Source of the DNA: Octopus bimaculoides
Lineage: Eukaryota
Length of the DNA stretch: 64,000 bases
Reading direction: 5' to 3'
Assembly: GCF_001194135.2 (NCBI RefSeq)
Contig: NC_068997.1
Coordinates: 11,242,793 to 11,306,792 of the forward strand
Shown: positions 52,869-64,000 of the stretch, one piece after another
How the letters are laid out: every line of letters starts with the position of its first letter
How positions within the stretch are numbered: position 1 is the stretch's first letter
The notes under the pieces: generated by a model
The model's input: the letters and a program-made list of their open reading frames with translations, nothing else
What the model was told of the DNA's origin: nothing
Databases searched by the model: none
Program-made: the position numbers and the translations under genes

Positions 52869-53897
52869 TATGCATGTCTATGGTGTGCTCAACCACTTGC
52901 ACGTTAATTTTGTCTGCATCTGGTAATGAAAAGTGAAAGTGACATCCAATATTTGCTGCAGATATATGTCTTTGATTTAACAATGTGTCTATGTATCTAT
53001 GTGTCTACTTTTCTTTCGATGTACATATGAGTTCTACTCTGAAAATATTGATGAACATTTAAAAACACAAAACGTACGCCATCTTCCCTTCATTCATCAC
53101 TCACCTTCTCTCTCACTCTCTTTTTCTTTCTCTCTCAATTCCTCTCTGTCCCTCCTCTCTCCCTTTTATTTTAACATTGTATGTATGTATCTATGCAGGT
53201 ATGTTTCTACATTTCTTTCGATGTATGCATCAGTCTCCTATGACAATATTGATAAATATTTCTTTCTCTCTCACTTCCCTTCTGTGTTTCCTCTCTCCCG
53301 CTTTGCCACTCACTTCAACTATACCTCCTCTAATTAATACCTTTTATTTCTCTTTTTTCTTTGAACCGCTCTCTTTAACTTCATCTCTTCCTTTGAAGTA
53401 ATGTGACACTCACCACAAATAAGTACCTAAAAAAGAACAAAGTTAGCATATCAATATTTAGGATCTTTCACTGCCATTAACTGAAAATAAGTTTTATTTA
53501 TATAATTTTATATAGATTTATATATATATATATATTCATAAAATCTAAAATAAGGTTTTCTTCTTGTCATACTACGAAGAAATATTCACTAGTAAAGTGC
53601 TATCAACCACTTCATCATTTTATAACAATGCAAAGGAATGATGCATTGTAGCTATAAAATAAAACAACAAAAAAACTTATTGTTGTATTAAACAATAATT
53701 TTGAATATTTCTTTCCCATTTATTTTATATTAATATTAATAGTTTCAAGAGCGTCAACAACTACTTGAACACTATGGAATACATAACAAAATGTTTTATA
53801 TTAACATTAACAGTACGATCTTCAACAAAGCTGACGTTAAAATATGAAAAATTACGTGTATGTCATGTTTTTATGAAGCATTATATCCCATTAGATG

Positions 53898-54332
53898 AAG
53901 GCGGTGGTCTGGTAGAAACGTGAGCACGCCGGGCGAAATGCTTAGCGATATTTGGTCTGTCTTTACGTTCTGAGTTCAAATTCCAACAAGGTCGACTTTG
54001 CATTTCATCCCTTCGGTGTCGATAAATTAAGTACCTGTTACGCACTGGGTCGATGTAATCGACTTAACCCGTTTGTCTGTCCTTGTTTGTCTCCTGTATG
54101 TTTAGCCCCTTGTGGGCAATAAATAATTAAGAAACGCTAGCACGCTGAAGGAAATGCTTAGCGGTATTTCGTCTGTCTTCAAGTTCTGAGTTCAAATTCC
54201 GCCGATGTCGACTCTGCCTTTCATCCTTTTGGGGTTGATAAATTAAGTACCAGTTGTGTACTGGGATTGATGTAATCGACTGGCCCCATCACCCAAAAAT
54301 TCAGGCCTCGTGCCTAGAGTAGAACCGAATAT
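53898..54332 (+). mobile_element. SINE family A, dimeric form
   Basis: full monomer 53898-54065, ~70-bp pyrimidine-rich linker, second monomer from AAACGCTAGCACG lacking the first ~20 nt, single family tail. Confidence 0.85.
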
Positions 54333-54494
54333 TCCCACCTGTTATTCAAGAGTACTGTCTCTCGAAATAGATTAGAAAAGATATCCTTAGACAGTAAATT
54401 GTTTTATGAGGGAATTTGACCACAACGTATAGTAAGTTACAGAAACTACTGAAATTCCCTTTCATTGGGAAACTAGTTGGCACTGAGAAACTAA

Positions 54495-54597
54495 TTGGGT
54501 CGATAAATTAAGTATCAGTTGCGAACTGGGGTCGATCTAATCGAAAGACGCCCTCCACACATATTTCGGGCCTTTTGCCTAGAGTACAAAAGAATAT
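54495..54597 (+). mobile_element. SINE family A, 5'-truncated
   Basis: GGGTCGATAAATTAAGTATCAGTTGCG..GGGGTCGATCTAATCG..TTTCGGGCCTT..CCTAGAGTAC. Confidence 0.8.
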
Positions 54598-57117
54598 CCA
54601 ACGCAAAATAACTTAACTTTCAATTAGCTTCTCAGCGCATGCAAACAAATTATATTTAAGAGGCAAGTAGGCAAGTAATAGGACAAATAAAAATTGTCTT
54701 TTCTTAAGTGAAAATAAAATTCTTGGAAACTCTCGCTGTTTTACGTGCAACTAACTGTGCCAGCTCGCTGCCTTCTTAGCGACAATATGTTGAGAAGGAA
54801 TAAGCAGAGATTTCTAAACAAAAATGTATATGAAACTACAATTGATGAGTTATGAAAAATTATAAGAGTATGTTATTTCTGTCAATCCTGGCGAAATATG
54901 CACTTATATCAAATGTTCTCATACTTCTTCACTACAGTCGAATCAAGCAAACCAATAATCACGAAAATTTTTGAACTGTTTATTGTGTGTTATATTATCT
55001 AAATTTTATTGCCATTTCTCGCATGGTTAGGGATCGCTTATGTGCTTGCTCGTTAGTTAGTATCAAATCCGAAACCATGGAGCTATACTTAGAAAAATAG
55101 GTTATAATTTGAACTTCACTGATTAGGAACTTATTTAATACCACAAATTATTTCATACAAATACACAGGACACCAGATTTAAGTGGTACGATATCTTGTG
55201 TGATTAACAGGGAATGTCTTGCCTCATAGAACTACTTGACAATGAAAATTCTGGCTAAATATATCAGCACACAGCGTGAAGAAATATTTATTTACTGGTT
55301 GTCGTTTACTTGGTGCATTAATGTTTTAGCTACTCCACTACTGTTAAGAAATTCATAAACACTTATTCAATTGCTTTTACTGATCGGAGTAAGTACGCAT
55401 TAACTGGCGCTCAAACTTTTAAAGTTACACTTTGAACTTGACCCAAATTGCAAAACCGATTTCTTAGTGGATGTTTTACAATACTTTTTTCATAACAATC
55501 AGTAACAGATGAAACATTGATATGAATTACAGATTAATAGAATTTGAGATCATCAATTCAATTTTGATTTTAAAAATAAGTACTTTGCCTAATTTTTTTG
55601 ACTAAAACTTTAATATATGAATTTCACTATTAAAGTTGACATCTGTCTGAGGCTATTTCATGTACCAATTATATTCTGATAGAATATGATGAGGTTAGTT
55701 CCATTGTTGTAATATTCATTTTTTTCCGTACCTGTTTATTCATTCGCTACAAAATTCATATTTAATACTTTTTCACATTCTTTTCTTCGTTAATACTTTA
55801 AATAATGAATAAAACACAAACGAAGATCCCATTTTCCTTGCCCAAAGTGTTAAGGTTATTCCTATTTCTAAGTGCCTTATCATCTGACTCATTCATATTC
55901 ATTGTATTTAATATCTTATGTCTCCCTTGGCTTCAACCATCAGCAATGTATTTAAATTCAATCAACAATTTCTAACGAAAACCGTGGTTCCAAAAGGTTT
56001 TTCAGTTCCAGATACATTTCTCTATTTTAATATATTGCTACGTAATAATGTTCCTGCAGCTGTCATTAGCAGAAGAGACGTTATCATTTATGTTTCTTTT
56101 ATTGCAGTAAAGGAATTGTAATTAGATGAATGATCAGACAACGCAAAAATATACGGTAAAAGTATATGATTATATAAAGAATTATTTATTCAGAGAAGAA
56201 AATGCGGTGTAACCATTATATATACAGAGTATGATTAGGACTTTTTATTATTTTTTAAAAAGTGAATATATATTTATTGCTAGAAGATTATTGTTATTGC
56301 TCAGATCCTTTGCCAATATTAGTATTAATGTGGATATGATTATTTCGTGTGACAAAAGTATTTGTAAATCATCATTCGGATGAAACTTTAAGCAATAACA
56401 ATTCTGACGATGAATGCATTTGGTGGCTGAGTAAGAAACAAGCCTAACGGAAAATCCCTTATAGCTTCAGGGAACTGAAGAAAACTCTCATCTCACGGTC
56501 TCCAATTTCTCCCTCTTAGCACCACATTCTCAGTCAATAAGAGTTAACTCAAATGCGATGACGCTCACAACAATTTTCCGCAAGCACATTTTTCTTCAAT
56601 CTTATTTAAAGAAATGATTTGAAGTATTTTTAAAAGCATATTGACTATTGTAATGAACATACAACAGTTCATAGACAATGAACTATTGCCTCACCTACTG
56701 TGATTTCTATCTACAAACATCGTAGTCTAGTAGACTATCTTACTCCCGATTAGTCTTCCACTCTAGAGCATTTCGGAAACACAGTATTGCATACATATGT
56801 TCATTAAAAAACCAATAATCTTACCTTCCTTTTATTTATTTCTTACTTATCTTTATAGATTATCTTTTATATGTTTACGATCATTTTGTTATGACTGTTT
56901 AATATAATGAAGACTGTAGTTAGCTCCATTCGCTTGTCGATATGCATGTACCTGATGTGTCCCAGACTGCACAGGTCAATGCAACACATTAGGATGCACA
57001 ACATCCTACTAATAGAGGACAGTCATACTGAATAAAGACTAATGCCAAACCCATATTCTGTTTCATCCATCGATTATTATTACACACACATACTCACACA
57101 GACACAGAAAAAGGCAC

Positions 57118-57119
<2 letters not shown>

Positions 57120-57172
<53 letters not shown>

Positions 57173-57182
57173 AATATATATT

Positions 57183-57219
<37 letters not shown>

Positions 57220-57275
57220 TTAGAGAGATAGATAGATAGATAGATAGATAGTTAGATAGATAGATGAATAAATAA

Positions 57276-57326
<51 letters not shown>

Positions 57327-57339
57327 GATAGATAGATAT

Positions 57340-57406
<67 letters not shown>

Positions 57407-57410
57407 TGGA
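57120..57410. repeat. compound (CA)n(TA)n(GA)n(GATA)n microsatellite
   Basis: direct reading. Confidence 0.95.
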
Positions 57411-57735
57411 CACATGCTTGTATATATCTATATATAGAAATATACATATTAATTAGTAAGATTGATATAATGAATGTAGTAAACGTGGCGTGAGGAGAGT
57501 AAGTCCAACCTTGTGTACAATCCTGTAAAGTTGAAAGGTGAAAGAGCTGCAAATGATACAGAACCCAGGACGACAGGTGAAAAAGAAGATAATAGTAGTT
57601 TGTTGAATATCAACTTACGTACATCAAAACACATTCATCTCTCGCATCAAATGTAAAAGCTGAATTAAGTAAAGCCACGAATTCTAGTACATAACCTTTA
57701 CGCTAACCGTATATATGTATATGCATATACATATA

Positions 57736-57900
57736 TACGACGGGATTCTTCCAGTTTCCGTCTACCGAATCCACTCACAAGGCTTTGGTTGGACCAAGGC
57801 TATAGTATAAGACACTCTCCCAAAGTGTCACGCAGTGGGACTGAACCTGGAACCATGTGGCTGGTGAGCAAGCTACTCACCACACAGCCACTCCTGCGCC
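57736..57900 (-). mobile_element. SINE family B, 5' half
   Basis: CAGTTTCCGTCTACCGAATCCACTCACAAGGCTTTGG..GCAGTGGGACTGAACCTGGAACCATGTGG..ACCACACAGCCACTCCTGCGCC. Confidence 0.85.
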
Positions 57901-57951
57901 TACTGATATATATATATATATATATATATANNNNNNNNNNNNNNNNNNNNN

Positions 57952-57989
<38 letters not shown>

Positions 57990-59020
57990 TGTGTCTGTGT
58001 GTGTGTGTGTGTGTAAAGGGTAGAACATATATTATTCAATTTGTTCATTTACATCCAGTGGGAAATATAAAGGAACCAAAGTATTATTTTTTTTCCTTGC
58101 TGAATATATATTAAATTTTAGTTGCAGAGGATAGTATGGATTCCAAATATTGCTATATCTAATGGATTGAATGTAGCTTTCCCCATGGATAAAGCCTTTG
58201 ATCTGTAGATGCTGTGCTACACTCATATGTATTTTTTCAAATAAAACGGTTGTTTGATACCGATATCTGAAAAAAACAAAAAGAATACAAAACAGCATTT
58301 GCTAAATGGAGATCGTTACACGGCAAAAAGCGTTAATCCTGGAAACTGCGTGATATAATTTTTCTCCATAAATTAATAGAATGAATGTTTTCTATGCTAT
58401 AGGCTGAATAAGAAAAAAAGCAAGTATATAAAGGTAGATATTATCAAAAAATAGATAAATATTTAAATATATAAATAAAAGCTATACATTAGTATATAGC
58501 ATGTTTTTTTAGAAGCCTCTGAAGTCCCATAAGAATATATGGCTTGCGTTAGATATAATACAATATTGTCATGCTAAAGTCAATTCATTTTGTCCTCCGA
58601 TAGTGAATTCTATGTGCATCTGTAGGACGCCCAAAAGCATTTTAAAGTACTTTTATGGTGGGTTGCTATGAGAAACACATTGACTAAAATTACATGGCAT
58701 TCTACATTCGTTCGAATCTTTTTAATTGTATAAATGATTCACTGTCATGAATTTAAAATATATATGCCATTTTGTTGTTTTTACACTCTGCCCTATCTGC
58801 CTATTCTTTGGTGAAGCAAGACCCGCGAAGCTGACTCCTCTCCTGCTATCTCATTCAAATAACACTAACAAATTCGCTACGCATACACCCGTAATTCATT
58901 AAAAGCCTACTCTCAATCTCCTCTTTCAGGACACTATATCCCAAACCTTGCCCAACACAGAGTCAATCGTTCTGAAGAAAAGAGAAACGCAGAGAAATCC
59001 AATCATTTGTTCACAGAACT

Positions 59021-59430
59021 GCTTCTTCCTAGGTAGAAGAGTTTTAAAACTGTCTGTCTTTCCCAGTAGATGATACGCTGCATTGAGACGATTTTCTTTA
59101 TGTAGATTCGTTGCATTGCTTCGAGTTCCGACGTTAAATTTATATTGTGTTATGACCATAGTTGGGAGCAGTAGTCCAAGTGGCTGAGGACGTTTGCCCT
59201 CTAAAGGGCCATCTTTGTCTCCTTTTCTCTCGTTTTGAAAGTTCAGAGGATCCATCCAGCTAGCTGTCCGCATTTTATAATCAAATTGGTAATATGTACC
59301 TGGAAAGATGCATCCTTGCTCATGTCACTGCTGAGGTCGTTCACTGATTTTTATTCAGGGATTGCAATCCCTCATGGGTCAGTTTATACTGTCTGAATGT
59401 TGTTCAGCTTTGTGTGCTTCCAGCACACAT
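59021..59430 (-). mobile_element. CR1/L2-group LINE, degenerate ORF2 fragment
   Basis: NDLSSDMSKDASFQVHITNLIIKCGQLAGWIL*TFKTREKETKMAL*RANVLSHLDYCSQLWS*HNINLTSELEAMQRIYIKKIVSMQRIIYWER; LDYCSQLWS and ELEA.QR are hallmark post-RT motifs. Confidence 0.85.
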
Positions 59431-59443
59431 AGATACTTTTGCT

Positions 59444-59482
59444 CTTTTACTTGTTTTAGTCATTTCACTGCGGCCATGCTGG
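59444..59482 (-). mobile_element. SINE B / LINE 3' tail fragment
   Basis: reverse complement reads CCAGCATGGCCGCAGTGAAATGACTAAAACAAGTAAAA. Confidence 0.6.
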
Positions 59483-59769
59483 TGTATGTGGTTATGGGAT
59501 GTATTTTGCAACGATATAATTACTAAGAACTCATGTTTATATTATTGATTATTCTTGCTTTGTGTGATCTGAAGAGAAAGTATTGCAAAGTAAGAATGAT
59601 TTTAGCGATATCGGTGTATATTCCTTGTGCGTGCTTTATCCATAATAGAAATCATTTCACACGGAGAGAAGTTTCTAAAATTAAAATAAAATAATTAAAT
59701 ATCTCCTTTAATAATTATTCCATATTTATTCACTTTAAACGTGGCCTTTTATTCTGTAATCAGAAGTTA

Positions 59770-59776
59770 TATAAAT

Positions 59777-59837
<61 letters not shown>

Positions 59838-60096
59838 CATATATATATATATACATATACACATACATACATACACATATATGTTATGTGTATATTAATA
59901 CACGCACACACACATATATATATACATGCATTTATATATATGTATATCAATCTACCTATATAGACATACATACGTACACACACCTATAAATGTATACATC
60001 TTTATAAACCTATATACACACGAGCAGGTATATGGATATATATTATATTATATTTATTATATTATATTTATTATATTATATTTATTATATTACATC

Positions 60097-60140
<44 letters not shown>
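59770..60140. repeat. (CA)n/(TA)n and low-complexity AT tract
   Basis: direct reading. Confidence 0.9.
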
Positions 60141-60141
<1 letters not shown>

Positions 60142-61694
60142 AACGCGTGTAATATACATTCTGTTTTCGAAAACTAACAGTATAGTAACAAAAATCTAAT
60201 TATCCTGAAGGAGATTCACAGCTAAGTATCATCTTAATATCAAATATTATATTAATATCAGATACACGTGTTGAAGCTTTGCTTGTTTCGGTAGAAAAAC
60301 AATTTACTTCAAAATATTGACGGAATAATAATTCCAGTTGTGAAATTTATTTTGCATAACTATCACAAAATTTCGTTTCTTTAAATGTAAATCAACATCA
60401 GTATATGGAAATGTCAGTTGGATTTCATTAATAGGCGTTAAGTTGATTAGATGAGGATGGGAGGGGAAATGCATCCATGTTGAGTCTGTGTGACGTAGTA
60501 TATATGCATTGCGTGAAAATGTTTCTTTCCGAAATAATTGGTGCTATAGTTTTTTTGAAGTATCTTATTTTCATTGAATATTCAATTTGAGAATTTAATC
60601 TAGATATATTTTGAATTAATTCCGATAAAGAAGCAGCTCACACGAACTGCCGCACGTACATTACAATCCATGTTATTTCGAACTGATGTCATACATTCAT
60701 GCTTATCCATTGCCACACTCTTAATCTGTTTGAAACTTTTGTATTACATAGAGTAATCTCGCTTTAAAGTATATATTTACAATAATATATATGTATACCC
60801 ATTTGTTTTCACGATATCAACGTGTATTTGTGTATGCGTGTGTCTACGTGTGTGTGTATGTGTGCGCGCGAGAGAGATAGAGGTTGTGTGATACAGGTAC
60901 TGAGAAAGCGGATGACATATTTCGTTGTATGTATATATGTTATGTATGTGTTTACGCATTATTGCAGAAAATACTGTAAAGATAATTTAAGACAGTATTA
61001 TTACAGTATTACTTTGTCAATATATGTTTACCATTGTCCCACTAGTTTACACACACACACAGACACACATACACTGACACACACACACACAGACACATGC
61101 ACACACATATATATAATAAAGAAATGTATATTCCTATGAATATATTCATCTATGCTTTATTATTCACGGACAGTAAATATCGTTTATCACAGGATATTAT
61201 TCTCTTATTAATCTCAAAATACGTGCGTACAAAATTGTCCCAGTTGTTTACACTTTAAACGTTTCCACTTTTATCTAATATTCATTTTCATAAACATGTC
61301 AACATCGATTAAGCATTATCTTTTACAACATTCATTATCTTTTAACTTTGATATTTAGGTTTATAATATTTGTTTTATAATGGGGATATACACAGGAAAT
61401 CATGTCGAAAACAGTATTTGTATATTCTGAGCTCGCATAAATTTAGTGTATATATAAATATAAGGACATTCTTGTATTTTCAAAATTAATATTTAATATT
61501 TCTCTAGCCACAGAAGTGCGTGCATGAATGTTGCTCACGATTACGTAAATCTTATCTGCAATGAACACTCATAAACATATCGATATATATTTGGAAATTC
61601 TGTATTTACATCGATAGATACATATTGCATGATATTTTTCTTCAACATATACGCACACACAGAGGTACGCACCTACACATACACATTCACACAC

Positions 61695-61744
<50 letters not shown>

Positions 61745-62021
61745 GTGTGTATATATACAGGTATAAGTTAGAGGTGTTTACAAACTCTAAGGGATAGATA
61801 TATCCAAAGGCACCCCTATACCTCGGTAGGTATAGTCCTTGGTAAAAGGTATACGGCATAAGGTAATTTAGCGGGTAGACTATAGTTTAATTTATATACA
61901 GGATAAGAAAATGGAGGAAAAATAACAAAAAGAAGGGTGTCTTTTTCACTTAATTAAATAATGGCTTCCTAGCGCAAACGACACCCTTCTTGTTGTTGTT
62001 TTTCCTCTATTTTCTTATCGT

Positions 62022-62068
<47 letters not shown>

Positions 62069-62638
62069 TATATATTTATTTATTTAACTTGCACATGCAT
62101 TTTATCTAACGCAAATACGCAGGTGCACCTGTGTCTACATCCTTTGCACTTATTTTCCATGTTCTACCTGTTTTTCCTTTAACTGATTATAATTAGCTAA
62201 ACCCTAAATAAACTATTAAGTCATCACGAAGAACACAAGTGAATAGCAATTGCTCATTGCGAAACTCATAATTACTTCTTTAAATACTTAGGCTACATAT
62301 ATGAAGCGTTTACATATATTTTATGAAAAACAATGGCCTTAACGAATCGTGGACTAAGCGTGCACTGCATGACTTGTAAGTGTATGCGGAAATAGTGCAC
62401 TACTGTCATCATTCTTAGTATAGCCGCGACTCGGATTATTTGAGAGACTTTCTCATATACATTCATGATCATAACTGGATATCAGTAGCTTCCTTAAGTT
62501 GAAGCCAATAATAGTTAGCTTTAATACACAAATAAATAGTCCACCAATGCGATGCTGAGCACTCCGTCTCAATGTTCGATATTTACGTACACACACGAAC
62601 ACACACACACACACAGAAACACACACACACACACACAG

Positions 62639-62691
<53 letters not shown>

Positions 62692-64000
62692 NNNNNNNNN
62701 NNNNNNNNNNNNNNNNNNNNNNNNNNNNNNNNNNNNNNNNNNNNNNNNNNNNNNNNNNNNNNNNNNNNNNNNNNNNNNNNNNNNNNNNNNNNNNNNNNNN
62801 NNNNNNNNNNNNNNNNNNNNNNNNNNNNNNNNNNNNNNNNNNNNNNNNNNNNNNNNNNNNNNNNNNNNNNNNNNNNNNNNNNNNNNNNNNNNNNNNNNNN
62901 NNNNNNNNNNNNNNNNNNNNNNNNNNNNNNNNNNNNNNNNNNNNNNNNNNNNNNNNNNNNNNNNNNNNNNNNNNNNNNNNNNNNNNNNNNNNNNNNNNNN
63001 NNNNNNNNNNNNNNNNNNNNNNNNNNNNNNNNNNNNNNNNNNNNNNNNNNNNNNNNNNNNNNNNNNNNNNNNNNNNNNNNNNNNNNNNNNNNNNNNNNNN
63101 NNNNNNNNNNNNNNNNNNNNNNNNNNNNNNNNNNNNNNNNNNNNNNNNNNNNNNNNNNNNNNNNNNNNNNNNNNNNNNNNNNNNNNNNNNNNNNNNNNNN
63201 NNNNNNNNNNNNNNNNNNNNNNNNNNNNNNNNNNNNNNNNNNNNNNNNNNNNNNNNNNNNNNNNNNNNNNNNNNNNNNNNNNNNNNNNTCCACTGATGCT
63301 ATTTCAACGGATTTATTATACATTCATCGTTTAAGTAGAGTGAAACTCTAATGATCACGTCGTGCAACTTGGGACACAAATATAGGTCAACAACACACCT
63401 TACAACATGTTTTACTCTCTCCTGACTAAACTCAAAGTAAGAATGCTGAAGCAGAAGATTTCCTTTCAAAGAATTGGTTTGATAACTTTAGTAAGAACAG
63501 TAGTTATTCAAATGGATTAATATAATTTCCATCTAGATGTGAATGTAATAACATTTTGACTGATTGAGTGATTCTTGTTCATTTTTTTTAACGTTAATCT
63601 AATATACTCAACATAAACTAGAACATCCAAATGCCATTTTGTTTCTTTTCGTACATATGATATCATGTAATAGCTTGACAGAATATCATCAAAAGAGAAA
63701 TATGTTCAACACGTAGTAGCATTTGCCTTTGATGTTGGGATGTTTTACTGCTAGAAGCTCTCTTTCTCTTGTTTTAATCTAGATATGCATTCCATTTCAT
63801 TCACGTTTCGTACTTGATTTTTATGTGGCTCTTTCATGGTAATGTGCTGCAAAACATATTATCAAAGATGGCATAAGCATACATATTATGATGTTACGCT
63901 TCCTAAGAAATTGAAGATAATTAGGTAGATTGCCTACGAAATGAATATATTTTCCTTTATAGATTTATATTGCCTGTATTGGTACAGGAAAAAAATCGTT

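Noticed and set aside
57480-57540. Minus-strand acceptor followed by DCTQGWTYSPH (C-type lectin-like start)
   Set aside because: No good donor and none of the downstream lectin Cys/Trp residues
59357-59372. Perfect 16-bp palindrome AGGGATTGCAATCCCT
   Set aside because: Lies within LINE-derived sequence; an isolated palindrome of this size is unremarkable

Overview
AT-rich eukaryotic non-coding DNA, very dense in microsatellites, with about 4.1 kb of N gaps, most of them beside (TA)n tracts. The repeat content resembles a cephalopod (Octopus-like) short-read scaffold; this is my inference, not a database result. I cannot confidently call any host protein-coding gene. Almost all long ORFs in the track are artefacts of N runs or microsatellites. 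The interpretable content is transposon-derived: (i) three divergent 5'-truncated non-LTR retrotransposons with a restriction-like endonuclease (RLE; R4/Dong/HERO-like), each with its 5' junction on a microsatellite, two on (TAA)n and one on (CATA)n; (ii) three fragments of a CR1/L2-group LINE whose 3' end matches the tail of a local tRNA-SINE family; (iii) a Penelope-like RT fragment and a fossil mariner transposase; (iv) more than 20 tRNA-derived SINE copies in several families, some stacked head-to-tail with the same 18-23 bp target word between them; (v) a tRNA-headed SINE-like element carrying a minimal type I hammerhead ribozyme of the Penelope-associated kind. The hammerhead SINE and the RLE elements sorted by microsatellite motif are the most interesting signals. 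All alignments were done by eye.
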